Source of the DNA: an uncultured virus (IMG/VR IMGVR_UViG_3300035703_000051)
Taxonomy: Duplodnaviria > Heunggongvirae > Uroviricota > Caudoviricetes
Length of the DNA: 64,000 nt
IMG/VR virus record: IMGVR_UViG_3300035703_000051
Direction: 5' to 3' (one strand)
The translations under genes and the position numbers were made by a program. Below, one piece after another: positions 54,634-64,000 of the stretch; the stretch's first letter is position 1, and each line of letters begins with the position of its first letter. The notes beneath the pieces were generated by a model. That model did not search any database. It was not told the origin of the DNA and saw nothing but the letters and a program-made list of their open reading frames with translations.

Positions 54634-55257
54634 TTATCCGTAGATAATCTCATCTAAAGGACCGGTAGCTGCCTGTGCCAATAAAGAAGATGAGCGTCTT
54701 GGAGACATTGCATTAGCAAGCAATGATTGAGTTAATGTTTCTTGTAATGTTTTCTTCTTTGGTTGCATTGCATTAAGTAAAGCACCAAATAAAGAAGCGG
54801 TCTCATTTAATGTATTAACAGATCCGGGATTCTCAGAAGACACTGGTTGCGTTGCCGTTGGCATTACATCTGTTAATTTCCCTTCTGGTGTTTTATATCG
54901 ACCGGTGGCAAGCCACTCAAGTTGCTGGTCTGTTAAATATTTTTTGCCTTGAAGTGCCAGGTGCACATGTGTATCGTGCCCTGGGTCTCCAGGTCCTAAT
55001 GCCTCGTTAAATGCTCCTAACTGTTTGGCACGCCAACTTAATTCACCTGTACGTTGCTTCCACGAAATCGGCTTACCTCCTGCGTAAGCAGGAGCAACAT
55101 CTGAGCGCCAGTCGGTAACATCAATTGCCAATCCTTTTGGATGGTAACCAGTAGGAGAATGTCCCCCTCCAACACCACCAAAGGCGGGGTTTTCACCTAC
55201 ACGTAAACCAAAACGCTGCAGATATTTACCTATATCAACAATTGATCTTTCAGCCAT
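54634..55257 (-). CDS. M15-like zinc peptidase-domain protein
   Basis: GGHSPTGYHPKGLAIDV and HDTHVH motifs. Confidence 0.65.
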   Translation of the reverse strand: MAERSIVDIGKYLQRFGLRVGENPAFGGVGGGHSPTGYHPKGLAIDVTDWRSDVAPAYAGGKPISWKQRTGELSWRAKQLGAFNEALGPGDPGHDTHVHLALQGKKYLTDQQLEWLATGRYKTPEGKLTDVMPTATQPVSSENPGSVNTLNETASLFGALLNAMQPKKKTLQETLTQSLLANAMSPRRSSSLLAQAATGPLDEIIYG

Positions 55258-55284
55258 CTTATGTTTTATTTTTATTGTAAAACG

Positions 55285-55308
55285 AAAAAACCCCTGGTTT
55301 CCCAGGGG
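55285..55308 (-). terminator. Rho-independent terminator
   Basis: CCCCTGG-GAAA-CCAGGGG-TTTTTT. Confidence 0.85.
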
Positions 55309-55327
55309 ATATGGTATAGAAGCCTAG

Positions 55328-55756
55328 TTAAACACGGACCAGGTCTGCTGCAAAAACAGCATCCCAATCGACTCTTTTGATTTGTCGCAGCTGCTCAAGA
55401 TTGTTAAATTTTTCACCCGATAGTGACATCTGAAGATCTTTAATCTCCCGAGCTGTCTTCAAACCGATACCTTTAATATGATCAGCGATCATCTGCGCAG
55501 TAGCGCCGTTGATATTCAACCTGTTATCTGGCGGAAAAGTCCGAGGCTCTTCCTGCGCAGCTTTATCTTTTACTTGAAGAGTTTTTACTTTTTTGGTAGC
55601 CTCTTCATCAGGTGTTAATTCAGTTTTGTAAGCGGTATAAAGGCGACCGTCCTGATCTTCGACCATGAACCAATCGCCATTATCCCACTCGCTTACAATC
55701 TTGACTCGTGCACCTGTTTTTTTGTGCTGATAAAGCATTGCCGCAGTAGCTGACAT
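55328..55756 (-). CDS. Helix-hairpin-helix DNA-binding protein
   Basis: LNINGATAQMI..IKGIGLKTAREI...FNNLEQL. Confidence 0.75.
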   Translation of the reverse strand: MSATAAMLYQHKKTGARVKIVSEWDNGDWFMVEDQDGRLYTAYKTELTPDEEATKKVKTLQVKDKAAQEEPRTFPPDNRLNINGATAQMIADHIKGIGLKTAREIKDLQMSLSGEKFNNLEQLRQIKRVDWDAVFAADLVRV

Positions 55757-55791
55757 AAGACCAGTGTATTACTGGTCTTAGTTTAACCTAA

Positions 55792-56589
55792 TCAGCTGAC
55801 AGTACGACCGAGAAGATACTCATCCATGTCCTCATATGCAGGAGCATCATCGGGCTGGATGTAGCACACTTCAACAAACAGATAGCCGGTACGACCTGCA
55901 GCAGAATCTGCATCAGAGATGTAGATACCACCGGAAGTGCTGGTATCGTTAGCAGCACCCTTGGCGAACACTTTCAGAGTTACTGCACCAGTGTTGGTGT
56001 AGTACAGAGTGCCACCAGACACACCAGCAGCACCAGTAGCGGTGATGAAGGGATTGGTACCAAAGGCTTGGCTACCACCAGCGAAATAAATCTTGGTAGC
56101 GGCGTCGCCGGAAGTGGTAGAAGTCAGGTTGGCCTGGATAGGACCTTCGCCCACGCCAGAAGCAGCAGTAGGACCGCTGGAATCGCGACCGAACGAGATC
56201 ACGTTACCGGTAGCGGCATACACACCGCTAGCGGCACGGCCATCACCCCAGCCAGAACCAACGGAAACAGCAGCGCGATACACGTAGATCGGCTGAGTGC
56301 TGCTACCAGAGATCACCATGCCGGTGATGTCGGGGCGAGTATCGTCTTGGCGGTAAGGAGACGGAACAATTACGTTGCCAGTCACCAGGGGTGCACCAGA
56401 GGTCTGGGTCACCGCCACATAACCACGCTGCTGGAAGTAACGATAACCAGGAACTGCCAGGACAGAAGTAGGGCCGCCCTTAGAAGAATCGTTAGTACCG
56501 TTATCGTTGGTATCAATATTCTTGTACCAACCGTTCAGAGCTTCTACCCAGTTACCGGGGTAGATTTTTTTCGAAGATAAATAGGACAT
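55792..56589 (-). CDS. Putative capsid-associated structural protein
   Basis: Directly follows the major capsid gene; beta-rich. Confidence 0.6.
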   Translation of the reverse strand: MSYLSSKKIYPGNWVEALNGWYKNIDTNDNGTNDSSKGGPTSVLAVPGYRYFQQRGYVAVTQTSGAPLVTGNVIVPSPYRQDDTRPDITGMVISGSSTQPIYVYRAAVSVGSGWGDGRAASGVYAATGNVISFGRDSSGPTAASGVGEGPIQANLTSTTSGDAATKIYFAGGSQAFGTNPFITATGAAGVSGGTLYYTNTGAVTLKVFAKGAANDTSTSGGIYISDADSAAGRTGYLFVEVCYIQPDDAPAYEDMDEYLLGRTVS

Positions 56590-56622
56590 TTATTTTTCCC
56601 GTTGTTTTAAAACTAAGAATTA

Positions 56623-57786
56623 TCAGATGCTGCCGTCATCAGACAGGAAGCTGAATGCGGTGGTCACGAAGTCCTTGTTCAGGATCTCGAAGCCAGCGTA
56701 CAGTTGCCAAATCAGGATGATGAAGCGGCTGAAGTCGTCGTTGTTGTTGATCAGCACCTGAGCGTTCGGGCCGCCAATACCAACACCGATCGACTGAGGA
56801 CCAAAGAAGTAACCTTGGGCAACTTCTTGGCTGCTGTAGGAAGGCGAATCAGTGAAGCTTGCGCTCACGTTCTTGGTCGGGAAGTTGGTCGACTCGAAGA
56901 ACTTCACACCTTCAAACTGGACGCCAGTAGGCATCACAGGCTCACCAGCCAGGAAATAACCCTGGCCAGCTTGGGGACCCATGTAGAAGCTGGCGTTGTT
57001 AGGCATCATGGGGTTGCCCATGTACATGCCTTGACCAGGATTACCAGCGTAGCGAGCGATCTCACGGAAGTCTGGGTCACGACGCAGGTGCATCATGAAG
57101 GTAGGATCGCAGATGCAACGATACAGACCATCAGCGAAGGTCGGCACATTACGCTTACGCAGATCCTTCACCACTTCCAGCAGGTCGGTACGAACCTGGA
57201 ACTGCTGCACTTGAGCGGCATACTCAGCGGTGGTGTAAGCGATACGACCGGACGAATCCTTGGTCTTACCACCAGCGAAGTAGTAACCACCCTGGGTGCT
57301 AGAAGCGGCACCATTGGCTTCGGCTTTGGCGAGTTCATCAATGAACACGCGGTCACGCCAACGGCGATAGTCGTCAAGCAGCGTCAGGCTACCGATCGAC
57401 TGGTGGAACATGTTGAGGTTACCGGTGTCCAGCAGAAGACGCTGGGCGGTAATCAGGGTTTCACGCGCAATCTTGAAGGTCGAAGGTTGAGTTGGATCGC
57501 CCGGATCTGCAGGACCGGTATATTCCTTCAGCACAACAAGCACCTTCTCTTTGGTGATGTTGCGGCTGTTGGCAGTACCGATGGTCTGGTCAGCGATACG
57601 CTCACGGCTGTCCTTCGTACCAGGAGTACCCCAGAACTTGTAGCGATCTAACTGAACAGTTTGACCAGGCTGACGAGTAAAGTCGTGAACGACCACGGGC
57701 TCGACTGCCATTTCTGCGATATACGCAGGGTGGGGACGGTAAAGTTCCGCACCCAGAATCTTTGGAAAGTCGTTATCAATGAACAC
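56623..57786 (-). CDS. Major capsid protein
   Basis: 387 aa after the scaffold gene; PGQTVQLDRY, GVKFFEST and DDFSRF motifs; strong codon bias; GGAGG Shine-Dalgarno. Confidence 0.85.
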   Translation of the reverse strand: MFIDNDFPKILGAELYRPHPAYIAEMAVEPVVVHDFTRQPGQTVQLDRYKFWGTPGTKDSRERIADQTIGTANSRNITKEKVLVVLKEYTGPADPGDPTQPSTFKIARETLITAQRLLLDTGNLNMFHQSIGSLTLLDDYRRWRDRVFIDELAKAEANGAASSTQGGYYFAGGKTKDSSGRIAYTTAEYAAQVQQFQVRTDLLEVVKDLRKRNVPTFADGLYRCICDPTFMMHLRRDPDFREIARYAGNPGQGMYMGNPMMPNNASFYMGPQAGQGYFLAGEPVMPTGVQFEGVKFFESTNFPTKNVSASFTDSPSYSSQEVAQGYFFGPQSIGVGIGGPNAQVLINNNDDFSRFIILIWQLYAGFEILNKDFVTTAFSFLSDDGSI

Positions 57787-57895
57787 TTTGTTTTATCCTC
57801 CAGTGTCGCAGGAAGTGTTTTTATCGGGTGAAAGATTCAGACATTAATATGTCTTATCTAACACAAATTTTAGCAGCCGGTAATTTATTTATTTA

Positions 57896-58444
57896 TTACA
57901 CGTACTGCATAGTTGTTGCGTATGGAGTTACACCATACTTAGCGCTTGCCGTATTGCTAGATCCAGGGGATTCCGGATCAATGGACATACCTTGTTGGAA
58001 TCCTGGAACGCCAGCGGCACCAGGGATGGCACCAAGTGCTACACCACCGAGACCAGCAGCCAATGCAGAAGCTGGTACTAAACCAACAGCAGCAGCTTTG
58101 CCTAACCCTCGCTGGAATCCTTGTTGAGAAGGAATCGGAACACCAACAGATTTATCAATTAAACCGAGAATTGCGTTTTGGCGCTTAGAGCCTTCTGGCA
58201 TATTTACCGCAGACTCAAGCAATGACCTTTCTGCAGCAACTTTACCTTCTTTACCTGCTTTCAATAGGCTAGGGGCATATTTACCGGCAAGGGCACGTGC
58301 ACCAAGTAAACCAGCTGCTCCACCAAGGCCACCGGCTGCTGCAGCAAGTGCGGCAGATCCTGGATCTTCACCTTGAGAAAGGGCGTACCCACCCGTGGCT
58401 AAACCAGCGGCAATGGGCACACCGTATTTAAGAGCGCCACGCAT
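57896..58444 (-). CDS. Gly/Ala-rich hydrophobic protein
   Basis: Several hydrophobic segments. Confidence 0.65.
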   Translation of the reverse strand: MRGALKYGVPIAAGLATGGYALSQGEDPGSAALAAAAGGLGGAAGLLGARALAGKYAPSLLKAGKEGKVAAERSLLESAVNMPEGSKRQNAILGLIDKSVGVPIPSQQGFQRGLGKAAAVGLVPASALAAGLGGVALGAIPGAAGVPGFQQGMSIDPESPGSSNTASAKYGVTPYATTMQYV

Positions 58445-58448
58445 GGCA

Positions 58449-59405
58449 TCACTCCATCACAAACAGTTTGTTTGCAACAACTTGAGGCTGAGCTTGGTTC
58501 AGAAGACGCCAGGCTTGTGCCGGATCTACATCCATTTGCTGCTTGAAGCTGCCCCAGAAGTTCTCAGGCTGTTGGGGAGCAGAAGCTGCAGGGGGTGCAG
58601 GGAAGTTGCCATATGCAGCTTGAGCGGGAGCAGTGGGATAACCACGGGTCTCCAGCTGAGCTTCATTTTCATACACAGGGTATGGACCTTCTGGACCAAA
58701 GAACCTCAGAGTGTAATCACTCAGAACGTCGGGGTTGGTCAGGATCTCGTTGTAAGCCAGATTCTCGGTATGCTCATTGACTGCAAATTTTGCATAACCT
58801 TGAATAAGGTTTTGTGCTTGATGCCCCCAGGCAACAGCACTATCCAGCATTCCTTCCAGGTTTAGAGCGTACTGGTTTAGAAGGGCCGGAGCTTCCACCC
58901 CGAACGCGTCGATCACCTGACGGCTTTCCTGGCTCAGACCCAGGTAATCCGCGATTTGCTCCAAGGAGGGATTCGAGGAAGTTTGGGAAGAGCTGGGCGA
59001 TGAGGCCTGGTTGGTTGACCAAGTCTGCGCTGCCGAGTTCGGCGTAGGCTGGGCGCTGGGAAGTCCGTAATTGGCCGGGGTATACGCTGTCGTCGGAGCT
59101 GATGGTTGCCCCAGGAACGGGGATTGAACTGGTGCGCTCAGCAGGTTCACCACCTTGTTGAACGCCGATTCCCATGGATTGCCCGTCTGGGCCTCCGGTT
59201 GGGATTGGGGGACGTACTGAGTAGGGGCGGATTGGTAACTGATATTCTGCTGAGGTGTCGCTGCCTGGTAACCCTGGACTGCTGCTTGGTACGCCACCGG
59301 AGCCGCTTGGTAATTGCTTGGTGCCGGCGCCACGTAGCTGCTCGGAGCCACCGCCGCTTGTACGGGGCTCGTCTGTGGGATCGATTGGACGGTAGCGTCC
59401 TGCAT
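58449..59405 (-). CDS. Putative scaffolding protein
   Basis: Gln/Ala/Pro-rich; lies between portal and capsid; AGGAG Shine-Dalgarno. Confidence 0.65.
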   Translation of the reverse strand: MQDATVQSIPQTSPVQAAVAPSSYVAPAPSNYQAAPVAYQAAVQGYQAATPQQNISYQSAPTQYVPQSQPEAQTGNPWESAFNKVVNLLSAPVQSPFLGQPSAPTTAYTPANYGLPSAQPTPNSAAQTWSTNQASSPSSSQTSSNPSLEQIADYLGLSQESRQVIDAFGVEAPALLNQYALNLEGMLDSAVAWGHQAQNLIQGYAKFAVNEHTENLAYNEILTNPDVLSDYTLRFFGPEGPYPVYENEAQLETRGYPTAPAQAAYGNFPAPPAASAPQQPENFWGSFKQQMDVDPAQAWRLLNQAQPQVVANKLFVME

Positions 59406-61155
59406 AACTCATCTCCTTTTGTAAGGCTTCTAAAGTTCGATACAGATATGGCGTTAAATCCAATCTTGGATCCGCAGCCATCGGAAGATCCGGTGCTTGC
59501 GGGTGAGGAGTCTGCATCATGCCCCCCACTAGTTTTGCGAATGCAGAGTAAGCACCCTGCAACTCGTTCACCATCCTGAATGGGAACCCAGATAACATCT
59601 CGGCTCGTTCCTCATCCGTCTTAGACGGAAAGAGGTATTTCAGTGCTTCAATGCTATCAACACCTAATTCCTGAAGATTTCGAACAACAATTGAGTTATT
59701 CAAAATGTCTTGTGTGGAATCTTCGTATACGGGTCCCAGCCATCTCCAAAGCATGGTGACATCACCATCTGGAATTAAACCTTGAACACCGGGAGGTATT
59801 TGTTGTGCCTCCACGCATGCAACCATAAGTTGTTTAATTTGGTCATTGTATTGTTTTAAAGCTTCTTCATATGCACCCACTTCATCTGCAGGTGCTCCTT
59901 TTGCTGGAGAAACTGGCTTTTCAATTTTTGCTGCCTGAGCAAGACTATCTTTAAAAAGCTGTTCTTCTTGATAAATAATTAATTCAAGGCAACGACAAAT
60001 ACCATGGGTGTAAATAGCATTTGCTTTTTTCTTGGATGTGGCGGATACACGTCCAAATAACGATTTGTATTCTGTTGCTGTTACGCCAGCGGAAATAGAT
60101 AATTCATCAACACCGCCAAGAGCTGTACGAATCTCTTCTCGGTACTGACGAGCAAATGCGTTTTGATCTCCAGTAATGGCATCCGGGACAATGTAACCAA
60201 CTCGGTCATTTGGTTCCAGGTTTGCAATGATGCGCGGCACGCGGAGTTGACCATCTACACCACGCATGATGGGATCTGCTTTAAATCTGGATTGACTTAA
60301 AGCACCAAGACCAGTAAAGCCTGAGTTTGCAGCAATGGAAGGACGTTGAACAGATGTATCACCACCTGCTTCCATCAAATCACTCTTGGGACGCGAAGAG
60401 AGAAGGGTTGGATTACCAAAGAACTGTACGTTCTTGCGCATGGTGCGAACCATCTCGTCATGAATGACGATGTGATTGGCCATGCCATCAAATTCACCTA
60501 CACCTTCGTTAGAAAATCCTTTTGGATTATTGAAGATCTCAACGCAGGGAATAAAACCAAGTGTATTTTTAAATGTTTTTGTTTTGCCAAGGGCTGAATA
60601 ATTGGTTGTCTCAAACGAAAGTTCACCTTCCGAATGAGTTTCCTCAATGGTGTCTGATTTAATTGCTAAACGGATATAGCGTTTTGCACCTTGCTCAAAT
60701 GCCGCGCCACCTGCCCCAAGAGTGGCAAGATTAATGCCATCTGTAGCACCAAAGCCTTTGCGTACTTTATAGCTATAGATGATCACCACTTCATCCAGCT
60801 CACCATCAACGTTATAAAACGAGCGATACTCGTGGGCACGGAAGTAGTAGAGACGATAACTAAACTTAGTAGGACGAATGTAAAACAGGCCTTTACCGTC
60901 GCAAAGAAAATATTCCCAAATTGAATCAAGCCTTGTGTCAAGCTTGTTATATTTCAGGACGCGGTCAATAAAATCCTTACGTTGATTACCAAAGTTATCC
61001 TGAGACGGGAAAAACTCAACTCCCTGGCGAATACCAAAGAGTTTCATCTGTGCAATATGAGATGCAATGATGCCCGTATCAACGGTCATTGACCCATCTT
61101 TTTCAAGATAGGAATCGACCATCTCTTTGAGACGATACTTGGCATCCATTGACAT
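58840..61155 (-). CDS. Portal protein with long C-terminal extension overlapping the scaffold gene
   Basis: NTLGFIPCVEIFN motif; position between terminase and scaffold. Confidence 0.75.
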   Translation of the reverse strand: MSMDAKYRLKEMVDSYLEKDGSMTVDTGIIASHIAQMKLFGIRQGVEFFPSQDNFGNQRKDFIDRVLKYNKLDTRLDSIWEYFLCDGKGLFYIRPTKFSYRLYYFRAHEYRSFYNVDGELDEVVIIYSYKVRKGFGATDGINLATLGAGGAAFEQGAKRYIRLAIKSDTIEETHSEGELSFETTNYSALGKTKTFKNTLGFIPCVEIFNNPKGFSNEGVGEFDGMANHIVIHDEMVRTMRKNVQFFGNPTLLSSRPKSDLMEAGGDTSVQRPSIAANSGFTGLGALSQSRFKADPIMRGVDGQLRVPRIIANLEPNDRVGYIVPDAITGDQNAFARQYREEIRTALGGVDELSISAGVTATEYKSLFGRVSATSKKKANAIYTHGICRCLELIIYQEEQLFKDSLAQAAKIEKPVSPAKGAPADEVGAYEEALKQYNDQIKQLMVACVEAQQIPPGVQGLIPDGDVTMLWRWLGPVYEDSTQDILNNSIVVRNLQELGVDSIEALKYLFPSKTDEERAEMLSGFPFRMVNELQGAYSAFAKLVGGMMQTPHPQAPDLPMAADPRLDLTPYLYRTLEALQKEMSYAGRYRPIDPTDEPRTSGGGSEQLRGAGTKQLPSGSGGVPSSSPGLPGSDTSAEYQLPIRPYSVRPPIPTGGPDGQSMGIGVQQGGEPAERTSSIPVPGATISSDDSVYPGQLRTSQRPAYAELGSADLVNQPGLIAQLFPNFLESLLGANRGLPGSEPGKPSGDRRVRGGSSGPSKPVRSKPGRNAG

Positions 61156-61188
61156 GAGTTATCTCTCTTTTAGTTTTATGATAACAGA

Positions 61189-61683
61189 TTACGAAACTTG
61201 TTTTCCAACAAAACCTGGGGGGATCCCTTGGGTCATAATTTGAGGAGAGATGAAATTATTGTGCATTTGCGGGAATGCCCTATTCCTGTACTGTTCCATA
61301 AGCGCGTCTCGGTCTAGCTGATCGCCAACTTCATCAGGAATCACCGGCATGCTCGAATAATCCCCTTGGGCTGGGCCCATGTTAATGGTATCCCCTTGAA
61401 GCGGCACTGACTGTGTAAGTAAACCACCCATATTCCCAATGGCTCCGGGGAAACCACCAAACATTGCTTGACGAAATCTCACATCAATAGCGCCCTCGCG
61501 TCCAGGCTCATTTTGGGGAAATACGCGAATAGGATCAGGAATCCGTTGGCGGTCAGAGGAGCCTGGTCGATATTGCTCCTGAATTGTTTTGTAACCACCA
61601 CCGCCACCGAATGGTAGATTTACACCTGCAAATAAACCATTACCTGGTGCGCCAGGGGAATTACGTTGGCCGTCGTAACGCAT
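61189..61683 (-). CDS. Hypothetical protein
   Basis: Gly/Pro-rich, 164 aa. Confidence 0.6.
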   Translation of the reverse strand: MRYDGQRNSPGAPGNGLFAGVNLPFGGGGGYKTIQEQYRPGSSDRQRIPDPIRVFPQNEPGREGAIDVRFRQAMFGGFPGAIGNMGGLLTQSVPLQGDTINMGPAQGDYSSMPVIPDEVGDQLDRDALMEQYRNRAFPQMHNNFISPQIMTQGIPPGFVGKQVS

Positions 61684-61707
61684 CTTTATCTTACTTTTTT
61701 ATTTATT

Positions 61708-61893
61708 CTACTCTTCTATTACTTCATACCCAGACGCGTCATGTACTTTAGATAAAACAATACCTTCGCCTTTAACATCCCAGTTCAAGATATCTCCTTC
61801 TTGCCAACCAAGGTCTTCAATTACTTCATCTGGAAACGTGATGTAAAGTTCTCCGTTTTCGTCTTCTTCGACCTCAAGAATGTAGCTGCTCAT
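61708..61893 (-). CDS. AbrB/MazE-like small protein
   Basis: GELYITFPDEVIEDLGWQEGDILNW. Confidence 0.75.
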   Translation of the reverse strand: MSSYILEVEEDENGELYITFPDEVIEDLGWQEGDILNWDVKGEGIVLSKVHDASGYEVIEE

Positions 61894-62183
61894 TTGGACA
61901 AAAGCTTTTCCATAAGCTTATCAAGCTTATTGTTGATTTCGCGAAAATTATCGTGCATTTCTTGAATTTCCCTTAAGAAGTCAACCTTAAGAACGTACTC
62001 CATGGGCATGCGATTGATTTGGTCTTCCAAGATGTCGATCCTACGTTTTTGAGAATTTGTGTAATCAAAAGCGTGTTGGATGCGCTCTTGCTGTCTATCT
62101 AATATTTTATTGGCGACCCAGGAGCCGCCTGTAACAGCTGATACGATTGCAGTTAAACCAATCGCAAAATATTCTGGACCCAC
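61890..62183 (-). CDS. Membrane-anchored coiled-coil protein
   Basis: N-terminal hydrophobic segment; YVLKVDF...INNKLDKL. Confidence 0.7.
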   Translation of the reverse strand: MGPEYFAIGLTAIVSAVTGGSWVANKILDRQQERIQHAFDYTNSQKRRIDILEDQINRMPMEYVLKVDFLREIQEMHDNFREINNKLDKLMEKLLSK

Positions 62184-62212
62184 TGGATTACATGTTTTTT
62201 ACTATTCTAAAT

Positions 62213-63739
62213 TTAGTAATCAAGTTGTAAATTACCTTTTTTCATTAACCCATTTACTAACCAAACCAAAGCATCAACACAGTCATCGTGCCCACTAACT
62301 CCAAAGTTTGTTAGTTCTTCAAACATGGCAGTGAAATTACGATAACGATTAAAGATAATCTTGCGATCTTCAAACATACCCATAATGCCACGGAATCGAG
62401 CCAATTTATCAGCGCGGAATCCTTTGACGGGATGCCAAAGAATGTTATACAGACCTTCATTATTTAAACAAATTCGTTTGAAATCAGCCTCCAGGGATGC
62501 CTGGTACTGAACAGCTTCTGACCATACGTCACACGTGGAGAATGTCGGGAAGTAATTACCGTTGTCATCTTTGCCAATAATGGACCAATCATTCATCAGT
62601 TCTTTAAGAGCATCTAGTTTTTCAAGGTTACCCATGACGCGCATGCGCCGATAGTCAATGATGTGAATTCGATCTTCAATGCGGCCACCGAGAACAAATA
62701 CGGTGTAATCGTTTTTCTCTTTTGTACCAGCAGACAAGTCGACCCCAATCCCTAACGTGTCAAATTCTGTTGCGATTTCTGCTTTGACAATCAGCTCAGG
62801 CGCAAGCGATAGCTCGTTTTGCCTGATGATTTTATTCATGTACTGGAAAGAAAAAGCAATCGGTGCTTGCCGTTTCTTTTCCTTCAAATAATCCAATGAC
62901 CACATCTCCGGCCAATACGACACTTCTTCTCCGGTTTTAGGATCAGTATTAATTGCTGACAGTACAATCTGAGACCAATTATTTTGTGTATTAAAGGTAG
63001 TTGCATGAATGTCGTCATGCCTGAAGCGTGTACCAAGACAGATGGCACGTGCACCTTCAAACATCGTTGGTGCAATCACCGCGTTCCAGTTTTCTTGCAT
63101 CTGCTTACGGATGTCAGGATTTGCGATATCCGCAGCCGACTTAATGGCGTCATCAATCATCACAAGATGAGAACGCTTGGAGGTCACCGAACCTTTAAGG
63201 CCTGCAGCGCAAAGCGTGAATTGTTCTTCACCAGTGGTATCAATACCAGCGAATTTATGGTCGATAGACCAGTACTCGTTACTGGTTACGTTCTTTAAAA
63301 GACGTACTGTTGGGAAAACTTCTTGATATCGTTTGCTTTCAATGATGCGTTTAATAGTTGCTGATTTAGAGCGAGCAATATCAACGGTATAAGAGAGATA
63401 AAGAATCTGTAATGGAAGCTTGGCAGCAGTATGGATACCAATTGCCCAAGCAGTCAAAAGACCCAAAACTGTACTCTTGGCAGATCCTCGTGGAGCAAGG
63501 AGATCGATATTTGGACCAGCAATTTTGATTAAACAGGAACTATCTTCGTTTGTAACAAAATGACGATGCCAATCCTTGTGGTGCTCAGCCGGAGGTTTAT
63601 CTGCAACGTATTCACAAAAGAAAGCAAAATCTTCCCTTGCTTTTTGAAGAAGTTCTAAGTTACGTGGCTTCTTAATTTGTTGATTTTGCGCTGCAGCTTT
63701 AGCGTTGCGGCGATGCGCAAGATAAAGATAAGAAGGCAC
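62213..63739 (-). CDS. terL: Terminase large subunit
   Basis: APRGSAKST, MIDD, GTRFRHDD, IGVDLS and HDDCVDA motifs. Confidence 0.92.
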   Translation of the reverse strand: MPSYLYLAHRRNAKAAAQNQQIKKPRNLELLQKAREDFAFFCEYVADKPPAEHHKDWHRHFVTNEDSSCLIKIAGPNIDLLAPRGSAKSTVLGLLTAWAIGIHTAAKLPLQILYLSYTVDIARSKSATIKRIIESKRYQEVFPTVRLLKNVTSNEYWSIDHKFAGIDTTGEEQFTLCAAGLKGSVTSKRSHLVMIDDAIKSAADIANPDIRKQMQENWNAVIAPTMFEGARAICLGTRFRHDDIHATTFNTQNNWSQIVLSAINTDPKTGEEVSYWPEMWSLDYLKEKKRQAPIAFSFQYMNKIIRQNELSLAPELIVKAEIATEFDTLGIGVDLSAGTKEKNDYTVFVLGGRIEDRIHIIDYRRMRVMGNLEKLDALKELMNDWSIIGKDDNGNYFPTFSTCDVWSEAVQYQASLEADFKRICLNNEGLYNILWHPVKGFRADKLARFRGIMGMFEDRKIIFNRYRNFTAMFEELTNFGVSGHDDCVDALVWLVNGLMKKGNLQLDY

Positions 63740-63768
63740 AATAAATAAGCAGTTAATAAAATACTAAC

Positions 63769-63909
63769 TTATTTTTGTTTTTTAGTTTTTTGGTATTGAC
63801 GAGCTTTTTCTAATGCTGCTTTTCTTTTTTCTTTGTCTGTAACTTTATCGTCACCCGTATCTCTTGATTTGAAATGTGCCAAAATCTCTGGCGGCATTTT
63901 ATTAGACAT
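63769..63909 (-). CDS. 46-aa basic protein (not in ORF track)
   Basis: MSNKMPPEILAHFKSRD...KAALEKARQYQKTKKQK. Confidence 0.55.
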   Translation of the reverse strand: MSNKMPPEILAHFKSRDTGDDKVTDKEKRKAALEKARQYQKTKKQK

Positions 63910-64000
63910 TTTGGTTTGGTAATACAGTTTTATTATTAAAGCCCGCTAGTTGAATCTCTTTTGCTCCAGCAACATTTTGAGCCGGTTGGTTAATAGAACG

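Noticed and set aside
56068..57651. Long + strand ORFs (315 aa and 170 aa) opposite the capsid genes
   Set aside because: Antisense shadows expected from strong codon bias; no recognisable motifs.

Overview
The window is part of a tailed dsDNA phage genome, very probably a freshwater cyanophage (HLIP-like, two NblA-like and one CP12-like genes). About 1-12 kb (+) holds replication and early genes: family A DNA polymerase, SSB, Gp157-like protein and Dps. About 12-21 kb (-) holds tRNA-Pro, candidate structured RNAs, two homing-type endonucleases and a nucleotide-sugar cluster. About 21-29.5 kb (+) holds an exonuclease, primase-helicase, SAM decarboxylase, a glycosyltransferase and a candidate origin. 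About 29.5-64 kb (mostly -) holds lysis, tail, virion, capsid, scaffold, portal and terminase genes. The top finding is a small basic-protein gene interrupted in frame by TCG-TAGCC-GTAA-GGCTA-ACTAATTATT-TCG, directly downstream of an endonuclease VII-type gene fused to a duplicate of that gene's 5' end. This looks like a miniature T4 gene 60-type translational bypass carried with a homing endonuclease. Other notable items: a 4-copy covarying H-type pseudoknot about 20 nt upstream of early genes, hairpins over the start regions of endonuclease and lysozyme genes, a 566-nt portal/scaffold overlap, and several small ORFs below the track cut-off. All family assignments come from motif recognition by eye; no searches were run.
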